Shown one piece after another: positions 1 through 10,297 of a stretch of DNA of 64,000 nt. The position numbers and the translations under genes were made by a program. The stretch is from Candidatus Bathyarchaeia archaeon (GTDB taxonomy: Archaea; Thermoproteota; Bathyarchaeia; 40CM-2-53-6). Location of the stretch: NCBI GenBank assembly GCA_049513715.1, contig JBEKVV010000001.1:384001-448000 (forward strand), in the 5' to 3' direction. Positions within the stretch are counted from its first letter, which is position 1. The number at the start of each line of letters is the position of its first letter. The notes beneath the pieces were generated by a model that saw only the letters and a list, made by a program, of their open reading frames with translations, was not told where the DNA came from and did not search any database.

Positions 1-715
1 CTGTGTTGAAACTTGATTCCAAGTAAACAACGGCTACATTGTACCTCTCGTGGTCTAGGGGTAAGCCTTTGATTGTGCTGATTGGCAGCGTGATTTCGGA
101 GGCGAAGATTTCCCTTAGAACCGCCGTTGGAATCAATGAGTAGAAGGGCTGATCGTTGTTCTTTCTGCCTGCGAAGTCGAAACGGTAGTATTCAGCCGTG
201 GGATTTCTGGCTAAGTAGTCCTTGACCTGCTTCCATGTTTCCGCCTTGTTGAACTCCAAGAACTCCGAGCATCCCCAGGCGCTGTGAAGCATCAACTCGA
301 AAACTAAATTGTACGGTTTTCCAGCCGCGTTAGCGACCGCTTGCGCTTCCTCCCAACTCAGAAACCCCTTCCTATGCGCGGCTCTCTCCTCTCTACTCTT
401 CTGATGGCTTAGGCGATCTTGGGGAGGATAGAATCCGTTCGCTCGTAGGAAATTCCTAAACGCTAACAGCGCCTTATGTCGACCGGCTGCCGTCATGCCG
501 TTCGTGTTCTTGGCGTCGGTCCAAACTTGGTTAATGTCCGCTTTCGCTTTCAGAAGAACTTGTTCCGGTGTGAGATCCATGCCTTTCAGCAATCGACGCA
601 AATACGCGCGATAGTATTTCGCGCCATGTTCGCCGAGTTCTCCCGCTTGCAGTTTGTTCTGAATCCAGGTCTCAATCAGGTCGCTCAATTTGTTCTCCGT
701 ATTCCAAATAGGCAT
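1..715 (-). CDS. Tyrosine recombinase/integrase-like protein, truncated by window edge (not in ORF track)
   Basis: Hand translation from ATG at 715: MPIWNTENKLSDLIETW...YYRAYLRRLL...LSWEEAQAVANAAGKPYNLVFELMLHSAWGCSEF...FAGRKNNDQPFYSLIP..., open to position 1; aligns motif by motif with the 25576-26646 recombinase. Confidence 0.75.
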   Translation of the reverse strand, partial: MPIWNTENKLSDLIETWIQNKLQAGELGEHGAKYYRAYLRRLLKGMDLTPEQVLLKAKADINQVWTDAKNTNGMTAAGRHKALLAFRNFLRANGFYPPQDRLSHQKSREERAAHRKGFLSWEEAQAVANAAGKPYNLVFELMLHSAWGCSEFLEFNKAETWKQVKDYLARNPTAEYYRFDFAGRKNNDQPFYSLIPTAVLREIFASEITLPISTIKGLPLDHERYNVAVVYLESSFNT

Positions 716-768
716 GTAGTTACATATGAACGTGCTGTTTTCCTAGGAGAATACTTTCTTGTCTCAAA

Positions 769-776
769 TTTATATT
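769..776 (+). promoter_or_regulatory. Putative TATA box of metK
   Basis: TTTATATT about 45 bp upstream of the ATG at 823. Confidence 0.45.
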
Positions 777-822
777 ATAGGAATATTGCATTTGCAGTAC
801 AAATCTCTCAGTGAAGCGCGAA

Positions 823-2016
823 ATGAGCAAACCTCGAAGCCAATCAGAAGGCGCCGCGGCGTTGACCCACAGGCCAAGGTCGTTCCTGTTCACATCTGAA
901 AGCGTTACCGAAGGCCATCCGGACAAAGTGGCCGATCAGATTTCGGATGCCATCCTAGACGCCATTCTCGAAAAGGACCCGACGGCCAGGGTCGATATTG
1001 AAACGCTGATAATGAAAGGAACCGTCGTAGTCACCGGGCAAATATCAACCAAAACCTACGTAAACATGCCAGAGGTCGTCCGCAGTGTTCTACGAGACAT
1101 CGGGTTTGATGATGCGAAAGTAGGCCTCGACTGGGAAGCATGCGGTGTTCTCGTTTCCGTTGAGGAACAGTCGCCTGACATTGCAATGGGTATCGATAAG
1201 GAAGACATGGGGGCGGGCGATCAAGGCATGATGTTCGGCCATGCAACGAATGAAACCCCCCAACTAATGCCCTTGCCCATCGTGCTTGCCCACGGCCTCG
1301 TGAGGAGGTTAGCTGAGGTAAGGAAACAAAAGATTCTCCCTTACCTGCGCCCAGACGGGAAATCGCAGGTAACCGTGGAGTACGAGAACGACAAGCCGAA
1401 ACGAGTAGATGCTGTAGTGATCGCTGCTCAACACGACGAGAGCGTGTCCCGAGAACAACTGAAGAAAGACATTATCGACAAAGTCGTCAAAGAAGTTGTC
1501 CCGAAGAACATGCTCGACGACAAAACGAAATTCTTCGTCAACGAAACTGGAAGGTTCACGATAGGCGGCACTTTGGCTGACACGGGTCTGACGGGGCGAA
1601 AGATAATTGTTGATACGTATGGCGGAATTGGCAGCCATGGCGGCGGATGCTATTCCGGAAAGGACCCAACCAAAGTCGATCGGTCCGGAAGCTACATGGC
1701 ACGCTACATTGCAAAGAACATAGTTGCCGCAGGCCTAGCGGACAAATGCGACGTACAAGTAGCCTACGCCATAGGGGTCTCCAAACCCGTCTCAGTCATG
1801 GTAGATACGTACGGGACCGGAAAGGTGCCTGACGAAAGAATCACGGAGGCAGTAAAGAAAGTGTTCGACATGAGGCCAAAAGCAATTATCGAACAACTCA
1901 AACTGCGCAGGCCAATCTACAGGAAGACGGCCGTGTATGGACACTTTGGGCGGAACGATCCTGACTTTCTGTGGGAACGCACCGACAAGGCTGAAGAGTT
2001 AAGGAAGAACATCTAG
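823..2016 (+). CDS. metK: S-adenosylmethionine synthetase, bacterial/eukaryal type
   Basis: [30 protein letters not shown] and [11 protein letters not shown] motifs; start codon uncertain. Confidence 0.97.
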   Translation: MSKPRSQSEGAAALTHRPRSFLFTSESVTEGHPDKVADQISDAILDAILEKDPTARVDIETLIMKGTVVVTGQISTKTYVNMPEVVRSVLRDIGFDDAKVGLDWEACGVLVSVEEQSPDIAMGIDKEDMGAGDQGMMFGHATNETPQLMPLPIVLAHGLVRRLAEVRKQKILPYLRPDGKSQVTVEYENDKPKRVDAVVIAAQHDESVSREQLKKDIIDKVVKEVVPKNMLDDKTKFFVNETGRFTIGGTLADTGLTGRKIIVDTYGGIGSHGGGCYSGKDPTKVDRSGSYMARYIAKNIVAAGLADKCDVQVAYAIGVSKPVSVMVDTYGTGKVPDERITEAVKKVFDMRPKAIIEQLKLRRPIYRKTAVYGHFGRNDPDFLWERTDKAEELRKNI

Positions 2017-2154
2017 ACTTTCGCCTTTGGGAGCCTCGGGGCGAGTACGTTTTGGTGCTCGCAGGATGAATGGCGGAGTCCCCTACTCCACCGTCATATT
2101 GAATTAGGGCCAGTTTGTTGTTCGCCTCTCTAACAGCAATGCGAGGCGTGAAAA

Positions 2155-3228
2155 ATGCCTGACTCAAAGTCCGCTCGGGCGAACGCTGAGGCAGTGGGAA
2201 GGGTACTGGCCATTGTAATCGTCGTCTTCTCAGCAGTCAGCTACATTGTCTCATTGGCAATAGGACCTGTCCTATTCTTTTCTACATCAGACGGTTTACA
2301 GGCAGCGGCACGTGCGATTCATGAGATTCCAGTCATTTTCTTCATGGCTTTGCCTATCGCGATCCCAGTAAGAGCCAACTTTGGTGTCCTGTTCATCGGA
2401 ATTTGGGTTGCCTTCCTCATCTGCATCGCTCTAGCATGGTTCAGTCGAGGTGGCTTTCTCAAAACGGTCAAAGGTGAGATTACGAAATCTGTCCCATTCG
2501 CGAGAACCAACTTTCTCTTCGTTATGCCGTTAGTCGGATCAGCGCTTCTGTACGCCACTATTCTGATAAGTCAATTCCAAGAGACGCAGGGAGTTCAGAC
2601 TGGCAGTTTGAATTTTCCACCCCAAACCAGTCCGTACGTGATTTTAGTGAACCTCGCCTTCGCTCCTCTACAAGAGGAATTCGCGTTCCGAATCACTTCA
2701 ATCGGTATCCCTCTTGGAGTTTACTTGCTCTATCGCTACCGTTCTGACCAGCGTGTTTCCAAAGCTCTGCCTCGATTGAAGTTGCTTATCCTCGCCATGT
2801 TCAGCCCCGAGCTTGCCAAGATGAGGTTGGGATATCGGAACGTTCACGAGAACGGATTCATTCAAGGAATAAGCCCGCTGGAATGGATACTGATTCTCAT
2901 CACATCATTCGTCTTCGGGGCCGCCCACTACTTGCTGGGCGGCGGGTGGGACGTGGGAAAGGTATCTACCGCGTTCTTGGCAGGTTTGGTCTTCGCAGTA
3001 ATGTATGTGGCCTACGGTGCCTATGCCGACATCCTGCTTCATTGGTTCTTCAACTACTTCTTCACAGTCTTGGACATGGCAAGCTCTACCTACGGCGGAG
3101 TATTCCGCGCATTCGCAACCATAACCGAACTCGTCAACCTAACAGCCGGCCCAGTCATCCTTGTAGCCTTTCTGCTTCTGTCAGCTTGGAGATTAGGACG
3201 ATACCTCACCTTCAGGGCAACAGGATAG
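2155..3228 (+). CDS. CPBP (CAAX/Abi) family intramembrane metalloprotease
   Basis: Multi-TM protein with EEFAFR, FGAAH and HWFFN motifs. Confidence 0.8.
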   Translation: MPDSKSARANAEAVGRVLAIVIVVFSAVSYIVSLAIGPVLFFSTSDGLQAAARAIHEIPVIFFMALPIAIPVRANFGVLFIGIWVAFLICIALAWFSRGGFLKTVKGEITKSVPFARTNFLFVMPLVGSALLYATILISQFQETQGVQTGSLNFPPQTSPYVILVNLAFAPLQEEFAFRITSIGIPLGVYLLYRYRSDQRVSKALPRLKLLILAMFSPELAKMRLGYRNVHENGFIQGISPLEWILILITSFVFGAAHYLLGGGWDVGKVSTAFLAGLVFAVMYVAYGAYADILLHWFFNYFFTVLDMASSTYGGVFRAFATITELVNLTAGPVILVAFLLLSAWRLGRYLTFRATG

Positions 3229-3326
3229 CAACACGTCCAAGCGATTAGACATTTCGACAATTTTATACGCCAAGATTGCTTCTCAGTAGAACTGGTGCTT
3301 AGGGGCTTGTATCACCGCCAAGTTCA

Positions 3327-5756
3327 GTGACACCCAAAGACTCTAGTTCTCAAAGGAAAGACACGCAGAATAAGCCCACAACGGTGACAACTAGTTTGAG
3401 CCTAGGCAAAACTGAAACCGTGAAGAAATATCTTCCAAAGATACCTGAAAAGCGGTGGGACCATACCCTAGAGCAGAAGATTTTCGACACCTGGCAGTCG
3501 GAACGCATCTATGAACTCAGGCTCCAAAAAGGTAAGAGGCCTTTCGTGATCGACACACCACCACCATATCCTTCAGGCACATGGCACATCGGCGCGGTGG
3601 CAGAATACTCGCAAATAGACATGATCGCCAGAACTGGCCGCATGCTCGGATACCCAGTCCTATTTCCAATCGGCATCGATAGAAACGGGCTCCCCGTTGA
3701 AATCTACACGGAGAACCTGTACAAGGTCAAAATGCGTGACGTCTCCCGAGAGAAGTTCATCGAGCTCTGCGGCACCGCGCTCGATGACTTGGAGAGCAAA
3801 ATGGTTGCCACCATGAAACGCCTAGGCCTTAGTTGCGATTATGCCGCAAAGTACAGGACGGACCAAGAAGAATTCCGGCGACTGACCCAGAGCACATTCA
3901 TCGAACTTTGGAAGAAGGGTTTGATTTACGAGGCAACTAGGCCGAACAACTACTGCCACGAGTGCGGTACTACAATAGCGGACGCTGAAGTGCAATACGA
4001 AGAGCTGCCCACGCGGCTAGTGTATGTGAAGTTCAAGGTGCAAGAAACTAGCGAGCCCCTAATCATAGCGACCACGCGGCCGGAACTTATCTGTGCCTGC
4101 CAACGTGTGATTGTAAACCCGTCCGATGAGAGGTATACAGGGCTGCATGGCAAACACGCGACGCTGCCGATCTACAACCGAACCGTCGAGATAACCCCGC
4201 ACCAGAGCGCCAAGCCTGAGTTTGGAACGGGCGCAGTGATGATTTGCAGTTACGGAGACTACACGGACGTTCTCCTATTCAGAGAACTGGGGCTGGAGGA
4301 GATCATCGCTGCAGGCACGGGTGGACGCCTTACTGAGGCCGGAGGCCCTTACCAAGGCCTTAGGATAAGTGAAGCGAGAACCAAGATCGTCCAGGACCTT
4401 GGATCTCAAGGCCTCATCGTGAAAACTGAGAATATCAACCACCGAACACCCGTCTGTTCACGGAGCCAGACACCGATCGAAATCGTACCGATGAAGGAAT
4501 ACTACCTCAAACAACTAGACTTCCTTCCCAAACTCAAACAACTCGCCCAGAAAATGCGATTCCACCCCGACGCCAACAGACAGATTCTGTTGGATTGGCA
4601 AAACTCGATCGCCATCGACTGGCCAATTTCGCGCCGCCGCGTGTACGCCACCGAAATCCCCGTCTGGTACTGCAAGGAATGCGGCCAACCGTGCCTACCG
4701 CCACCTGGCCCTTACTACAAACCCTGGAGAGATCCGCCCCCGGCCAAGGAATGCGGCAACTGTGGGTCGAAGGATTTCGAGGGGGACACAAGAACTTTCG
4801 ATACTTGGATGGATTCAAGCATCTCATCCCTCTTTATTACCAAGTACAACCGTGACGAGAAATTCTTCAAACGCGCTTACCCCACAACAATTAGGCCTCA
4901 GGGCAAGGACATTGTTCGTACGTGGCTTCACTATTCCATCTTAAGATGCTACCAGCTAACCGGCAAATCCCCCTTCGAGCACGCATGGATCGGAGGATTG
5001 GGTATGGATGAGCAGGGTCAGGCGATGCACAAGAGCAAGGGAAATGTCATTGACCCCGGGCCCGCGTTGGAAAAGTTTGGATCTGACGCTTTCAGATTCT
5101 GGAACGCTTCGGAGGCCACGCACGGCTCAGACTTCCGAATCTCAGAGGCAAGAATTCAGGGCGCCCACAAGTTTCTGACGAAACTCTGGAACCTCTCCAG
5201 GTTCATCTCATACTTCCCGCAAGTGAAAACCGCCAAGCCCACTGCGAGCGACCAATGGGTCCTAGCCGAACTCGCCAAACTAATCGAGAGCAGTTTGAAG
5301 GGTTATCGAGACTTCAATTTCTTCACGCCCGCAAGCGAGATACGGGATTTCGTGTGGGAGACCTTCGCATCCCACTATGTTGAAATGGCAAAAGCGAGGG
5401 CTTATGGCGAAGGTTGCTCCAAAGCAGAGCAACGAGCAGCTTGGTACACGCTCCACACAGTGCTCAAGAATCTACTATTACTCTTGGCGCCAATAACACC
5501 CTTCATGGTAGACCACATCTGGCGCCAACTTTACTCGAAGAAGAGCGTGCACGTGCAGAAGTTTCCAGAGGCAAAATGGCCCAAGGCATTAGGGCGTAAT
5601 ACGGAGAAAATACTAACTTTCAACCGAGAAGTGTGGAAAACAAAGAAGGACAGGAACCTAACTCTTCGTGATCCCGTGGAGATGCAAGTTCCAAAAGCGC
5701 TGGCCCCGTTCAGAGAAGACCTGATCAAAATGCATTCGCTAACCACAGGATCCTAG
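3327..5756 (+). CDS. valS: Valine--tRNA ligase
   Basis: DTPPPYPSG-HIGA, TTRPEL, DWPISR, FDTWMDSS, AMHKS (KMSKS variant); true start may be the GTG at 3420. Confidence 0.93.
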   Translation: MTPKDSSSQRKDTQNKPTTVTTSLSLGKTETVKKYLPKIPEKRWDHTLEQKIFDTWQSERIYELRLQKGKRPFVIDTPPPYPSGTWHIGAVAEYSQIDMIARTGRMLGYPVLFPIGIDRNGLPVEIYTENLYKVKMRDVSREKFIELCGTALDDLESKMVATMKRLGLSCDYAAKYRTDQEEFRRLTQSTFIELWKKGLIYEATRPNNYCHECGTTIADAEVQYEELPTRLVYVKFKVQETSEPLIIATTRPELICACQRVIVNPSDERYTGLHGKHATLPIYNRTVEITPHQSAKPEFGTGAVMICSYGDYTDVLLFRELGLEEIIAAGTGGRLTEAGGPYQGLRISEARTKIVQDLGSQGLIVKTENINHRTPVCSRSQTPIEIVPMKEYYLKQLDFLPKLKQLAQKMRFHPDANRQILLDWQNSIAIDWPISRRRVYATEIPVWYCKECGQPCLPPPGPYYKPWRDPPPAKECGNCGSKDFEGDTRTFDTWMDSSISSLFITKYNRDEKFFKRAYPTTIRPQGKDIVRTWLHYSILRCYQLTGKSPFEHAWIGGLGMDEQGQAMHKSKGNVIDPGPALEKFGSDAFRFWNASEATHGSDFRISEARIQGAHKFLTKLWNLSRFISYFPQVKTAKPTASDQWVLAELAKLIESSLKGYRDFNFFTPASEIRDFVWETFASHYVEMAKARAYGEGCSKAEQRAAWYTLHTVLKNLLLLLAPITPFMVDHIWRQLYSKKSVHVQKFPEAKWPKALGRNTEKILTFNREVWKTKKDRNLTLRDPVEMQVPKALAPFREDLIKMHSLTTGS

Positions 5757-5808
5757 TCGGATTGCAACAGTTTAATACCACAAGTGCATTTCTAGCGTTG
5801 CGATTCCG

Positions 5809-6096
5809 ATGAAGATATCCGAACTAAAGCCCGGAATGAAGAAGGTAGACATTACCGCGAAGGTTCTATCAATTGCTGACGCCCGCGAAGTCACGACCCG
5901 AGCTGGGGAACAATCGAGGGTGGCAGAAGCTGTTGTAACGGATGATTCTGGCACAGTTAAGTTGACTCTCTGGAACGAGCAGATAGAACAGGTGAAGGCC
6001 GACAACACCGTCACCGTCGAGAACGGTTACGTAACCAGTTTTCGGGGCGAAACCCAGCTTAACGTGGGCCGCTACGGCAAGCTCACCGTTCAGTAA
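5809..6096 (+). CDS. ssb: Single-OB-fold single-stranded DNA-binding protein (crenarchaeal type)
   Basis: MKISELKPGM...DDSGTVKLTLWNEQ...ENGYVTSFRGETQLNVG. Confidence 0.9.
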   Translation: MKISELKPGMKKVDITAKVLSIADAREVTTRAGEQSRVAEAVVTDDSGTVKLTLWNEQIEQVKADNTVTVENGYVTSFRGETQLNVGRYGKLTVQ

Positions 6097-6136
6097 GTAG
6101 GCACCGCATCTTCGGTGTCGCCGCTAGTGGCGAAAC

Positions 6137-7018
6137 TTGAGCGCGGACGACCGATTTGACGAAATCAAAAAGCTCCTTGACTCAACCATCAGCGAATTTC
6201 AATCACTCTTCCAATCGGCCGGCGGGTTCGAAGAATCTCGCGTCGGTAACGGCTGGACTCCGGAGAAAATCCTTCCAGATGTCTACTATCTTGAAACTAA
6301 ACCGATCGAAGAACTCACTCGGATCGCTGAAGACCGAAAACGAGCGCTCTTCAAGCATCGAGCCCTGTCGTTTCTTAAACCACAAGAGGGCGAGGTGCAT
6401 CTCTTAGGCGAGCCGCGGCTACGTTTCGTTCCGTTTTGGCGCATCAAAGGCTACCATGAATGCTTCTATTTTAGGGGAAACTCATACAAAATCGACCTCC
6501 CCGACGACGTTGTTGCCGTTGAGGTGGAAGGGAGGATACGGGACCTCATTGAGCGCGAATCAACTGATTCTCAGAAACTTACAAGCTTGACCAGGCGTCT
6601 GCTTGGGCGGCGCGAGTGGCCGGGCGCCAAATCATTCCGCTTGGGTGATGTAACTGAACTCGCCTATCAGTACAACGAAGGATCCATCTTTTCGAATGCT
6701 GAGGGGAAGGAAGACTTGGAGGCAGAGGCTTTCTTTGAGGGCAAGGTTCCGCTCCAGAAAATCATGCCCGAGATGCTTGAATCACATTTTCCCGGCGCTG
6801 AGATGCGGCCAAGTTCAATGTTGAAGGTGGATCTTGTACAAAGGCTACATTCAATAATCGTGAAGCCACCCGCAGCTTTTTCGAAGATCCTAAGCAACAG
6901 GTTCCAGATCACTGAATTGGCGCAATTCCTGATGCCGACGTACACGTTCAGCTTCGAGTGGCATAGGGAACGAAAAGGCCTTGTCATTCACGGCTATACA
7001 GGGAGTATCCTTCAATAG
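6137..7018 (+). CDS. Hypothetical protein
   Basis: 293-aa ORF filling the gap, protein-like composition, no recognised motif. Confidence 0.7.
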   Translation: MSADDRFDEIKKLLDSTISEFQSLFQSAGGFEESRVGNGWTPEKILPDVYYLETKPIEELTRIAEDRKRALFKHRALSFLKPQEGEVHLLGEPRLRFVPFWRIKGYHECFYFRGNSYKIDLPDDVVAVEVEGRIRDLIERESTDSQKLTSLTRRLLGRREWPGAKSFRLGDVTELAYQYNEGSIFSNAEGKEDLEAEAFFEGKVPLQKIMPEMLESHFPGAEMRPSSMLKVDLVQRLHSIIVKPPAAFSKILSNRFQITELAQFLMPTYTFSFEWHRERKGLVIHGYTGSILQ

Positions 7019-7025
7019 GGATTCC

Positions 7026-8477
7026 CTAACGAACGGTCCCCTGTTTGAAACGTTGGGAAGCCTTCCGCAAACGGAAATAGACCTTCCGTCCAAATCTTGT
7101 CACCGTCCACCGTCCAAACAGAATTATCGCGACGAGAACTGTGATTGATACCAAGAAGAGATATGGTTGCGCCTTGACCTCATAGCTTTCTGTTGCCGAA
7201 TTCCCGAATGGGTCTGATGCCTGCACCTTCAATGTCCAGGTTCCGACTCGCCAGAGGTCTGAAAGCCCGCTTGCGTACGAGGCGCGCCATGCCCCAAGGT
7301 TCGGGTCGTAGACCGAGATCAGGTCTGAGTTGGAGGTACCAGTCGAAACAAAGACACGTACTGTTCCATTAGTCAATGGAGTTCCGTCAGGGTAGTTTAC
7401 CTTTGAGATTATGCTGACTTGGCCGAAGGGAACTTGAATCTGTGTACCATTGAGTTCACTAGAAATAACCAAAGTGGCGCTCTGCACTTCGAAGTAGCTC
7501 GAATAGGTATCCGCGCCAGCGCCCTTGTTCCCGAAACCATCATCAAATGACATCGCTGGTACGCCAAAACGATATTTCGTGTTGAGCGTAGCATTCTGGG
7601 GGATTCTGCTGTCAGCCTCCCACACTCCGTTTGTGGGGTCTGCCAAGGAGAAGGAGGGGAAGGCTGCAATTGATTGATTCAGTAGCAGCACAACGGGGCG
7701 CAAGTCAGGCTGTGATTTCAGCACTGGTGTTCCATCAGGATACTTGAATGCAAGGGAGATCTTCGCCGTATCAGTGCGCGGGTAGCTCGAAGCTGGTTGG
7801 CTAACTATGCTTAGCGAAAGCACAGCCTGGGTTGCGGTGAACCTCGACAACGAAACGAAGTCCTGCTGTGCGTCGTCATAAATCCCGGTCCCGTCTATGA
7901 AAACCGTGTAGGCGTCTGTTACCGCGTTCTCCGGAATCCGCCATGTGTGGTTGAAGTTGCCAGTTGTTGTCGAGACAAGCGAGGTTTGGTGAACAAAATT
8001 CCCCGCGGGGTCCCGAATAGTTAACCTGAAGCTTATGCCGGGGAAGAGACCGCCACCAAGTACATTGACCGATTCTGTACGTTGGTAAAGTGGTTTCTCA
8101 GTTCCCCAGATGCCATAGTGGGCACGCGCTTGAGAATTGTCGGTAGTGCTGGAGGTAGATACGCTTACAAGGTACGTGCCCAAGGCGGCGGTCGCATTTA
8201 TGGGCAGGCCTGTGCCCGGCGGTATCTGGCCGCTTGAAACCGGCGTGAAGCTTACTCCAGAGTAATGTGTGGCATTGTCTACCGGCCGCTGAAGCCAAAC
8301 AAAGTAGGGCAAGGTGCCTGAGTAACCTGAACCGATCAACGTAACCTGCTTGTCGCGAGGTGTGTGCAGTGGCTGGTCAGCGCTCAAAACCGGCGCAGCA
8401 TGGGCGGGGTATGGGGCTAGGCCACAGACGATTATGAACAATATCAGGGCAAATAGAAAACGCTGAGCACTTCTCAC
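7026..8477 (-). CDS. Secreted, C-terminally membrane-anchored beta-rich surface protein
   Basis: Signal peptide ending PAHA, S/T-rich, repeated YPDGTP, several NxT/S sequons, C-terminal TM helix with basic tail. Confidence 0.75.
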   Translation of the reverse strand: MRSAQRFLFALILFIIVCGLAPYPAHAAPVLSADQPLHTPRDKQVTLIGSGYSGTLPYFVWLQRPVDNATHYSGVSFTPVSSGQIPPGTGLPINATAALGTYLVSVSTSSTTDNSQARAHYGIWGTEKPLYQRTESVNVLGGGLFPGISFRLTIRDPAGNFVHQTSLVSTTTGNFNHTWRIPENAVTDAYTVFIDGTGIYDDAQQDFVSLSRFTATQAVLSLSIVSQPASSYPRTDTAKISLAFKYPDGTPVLKSQPDLRPVVLLLNQSIAAFPSFSLADPTNGVWEADSRIPQNATLNTKYRFGVPAMSFDDGFGNKGAGADTYSSYFEVQSATLVISSELNGTQIQVPFGQVSIISKVNYPDGTPLTNGTVRVFVSTGTSNSDLISVYDPNLGAWRASYASGLSDLWRVGTWTLKVQASDPFGNSATESYEVKAQPYLFLVSITVLVAIILFGRWTVTRFGRKVYFRLRKASQRFKQGTVR

Positions 8478-8515
8478 CTTTTCCTACTCCAAACCATTCA
8501 TTTTCAATGTTCGGT

Positions 8516-8642
8516 TGGCGCCGGGAGAGGGATTCGAACCCCCGAGGCCCATAAGGGCCACGGGCTTGCGTGGCATCGTACACTCAAGGCCCGCGCCTGT
8601 AGATCGAGTCTCCAGACTGCTAATCCGCTCGGCCATCCCGGC
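8516..8642 (-). tRNA. tRNA-Ser(UGA) with two introns (8599-8620 in D-loop, ~21/22; 8567-8582 at 37/38)
   Basis: GCCGGGA acceptor stem, CGGGC/GCCCG anticodon stem, long variable arm, GGTTCGAATCC T-arm, encoded CCA; BHB-like motifs at both introns. Confidence 0.9.
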
Positions 8643-8723
8643 GCTACGGTAACCCCTGAAGCCGGTTCTTATTTATGTTCCGAGATGACTTGCCACCAGT
8701 GATAAGTCGAGAAGGCCGCCCCT

Positions 8724-9158
8724 GTGCCAGTTCCAGGTTACCAGTTCCTACCCCACACCACAGACGCGTACATTCAGGCAAGTGGTTCAACTCTGGAAAG
8801 GGCCTTTGAATACGCCGCAGTGGCGCTTGTCGACACAATGTGCAACGTCGAATCCATTTCAGCGAAAGTAACGGAAACTGTGGAGGTTGATGGTGAGGAC
8901 GAAGTGATTCTTCTTAACCGTTGGCTAGAAGCCGTCCTCCTCAAGTTTGAGCTGGAGAGAAAAGTGTTCTCACAATTTACGGTTCAACCCATACAAAGGA
9001 GACCTGCAGGTTTTCACCTGAGTGCGAGGATTTCTGGAGAAATGTATGATGGTAAGAAACATGGTGCGAAAGTTGAGGTTAAGGCGGTGACTTTTCACAA
9101 AATGGAAATCGAACGAGAGGGGCCGGTTACGACTCTTCGTTTCATTGTGGACCTCTAA
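8724..9158 (+). CDS. Archease (RtcB cofactor)
   Basis: YQFLPHTTD N-terminus, EVKAVTFH, C-terminal FIVDL. Confidence 0.93.
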   Translation: MPVPGYQFLPHTTDAYIQASGSTLERAFEYAAVALVDTMCNVESISAKVTETVEVDGEDEVILLNRWLEAVLLKFELERKVFSQFTVQPIQRRPAGFHLSARISGEMYDGKKHGAKVEVKAVTFHKMEIEREGPVTTLRFIVDL

Positions 9159-9164
9159 GTGACT

Positions 9165-10220
9165 CTAAGGGGTTCCCTGCATTGCGGCTCTGAATTTCGG
9201 TATCAGCATTAGCTGGGACGGGTCCACTCCTCTGACCGCGGCCAGGTATACCGACACGTAGTCCCCGAAAAGAATCGCGGTAAGCAGCTGGCTCAACTTG
9301 TCCTCCCCCGTTCCCCAAAACTCAACGATCTCAGGAAAGCTAAGCTCATGGAGAAGAGCGGTGAGCCTTTCTCGCGTCCGTCTCTGTCCTTCAACCTCGT
9401 CATTATTTCTCAGGAGGATCGGCTGAACGCTCGTGAGTTGGACCAGACTCTTCAGTCCTTCGATGTCATCGTGGTACGCTTCTGGTACTGTGTAGTAGAA
9501 TGCTGGCATTTTGCTGTTCTCGTTGAGTTCGTTCTTGAAGCGCCGCAACACACTACCGTTCTCCTCGTTCCCTATCAGCAATGGAACCTTGTCCACAAGA
9601 GCTTGAGCCATTTTCTTGGCCGGATTTCGATCCGCTGGGACAGTTGGCTTGATTTCTAGGAATTCCTTCTTGAGGGCCTGTGCTCCCTTAGAGAGGAGCG
9701 CGCCATAATCTTCGACGATTCCGGCCGCTCCCATGACATAAACCGCGGCGGCCAATAGCTCGGGCAGTGCCACTCTCGGAAGCAGCCCAGCCGGAACCTT
9801 CAGGTGCGGCAAGCCATCTTCCTCTGCTTCAGCTAGAAGCTTGCCGCCTGAGCTTATCACCGCACACGCCGCTCCCCGATGCTTAGCTTCGTCCAGCAAG
9901 CCCAAAGTTTCTTGAGTTTCCCCGGAGTAGCTGATGGCTACGAACAACGTTCGTTTCCCCACGAAATTCGGAAGTTTGATTGCCCTGCAAATTGAAACAG
10001 GAACCTGGACTGTGTCTCTTGAAAAGTCAGTTAGTATGTCACCGGCGATTCCGGATCCTCCTACGCCTCCGAAGACCACGTTGCGCGGGGGTTCGAGTTT
10101 CATAGGAAATGTAGAAGCCGCGTCAGGCGGGATGGAGAATCGTTCCGCTGTCCTCTCCATGATCGCAAGCATACCTGAGCGGTCAATGGTCCGCAGGGCC
10201 CCAGCGTCATCAAGTATCAT
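9165..10220 (-). CDS. Bifunctional phosphoglucose/phosphomannose isomerase
   Basis: SIS domain GVGGSG, SYSGETQET, ENSK, PEAYHDDIE; start re-called at MILDD. Confidence 0.88.
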   Translation of the reverse strand: MILDDAGALRTIDRSGMLAIMERTAERFSIPPDAASTFPMKLEPPRNVVFGGVGGSGIAGDILTDFSRDTVQVPVSICRAIKLPNFVGKRTLFVAISYSGETQETLGLLDEAKHRGAACAVISSGGKLLAEAEEDGLPHLKVPAGLLPRVALPELLAAAVYVMGAAGIVEDYGALLSKGAQALKKEFLEIKPTVPADRNPAKKMAQALVDKVPLLIGNEENGSVLRRFKNELNENSKMPAFYYTVPEAYHDDIEGLKSLVQLTSVQPILLRNNDEVEGQRRTRERLTALLHELSFPEIVEFWGTGEDKLSQLLTAILFGDYVSVYLAAVRGVDPSQLMLIPKFRAAMQGTP

Positions 10221-10297
10221 GGTAACAAGAGAATGCGGATTAGCGCAATAAGATTCATCTTCCGGCCTGTAATTGGACGATTTGTGGCTCTGACACT

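Noticed and set aside
476..814. 112-aa plus-strand ORF
   Set aside because: Shadow of the minus-strand recombinase ORF at <1-715
5020..5045. ValRS AMHKS and HIGA signature variants as signs of inactivation
   Set aside because: The catalytic second Lys is retained and the rest of the enzyme is intact
8516..8545. Shared 3' ends of the two tRNA-Ser genes as att sites of a 24-kb element
   Set aside because: Both are complete paralogous tRNAs in inverted orientation with core genes between them
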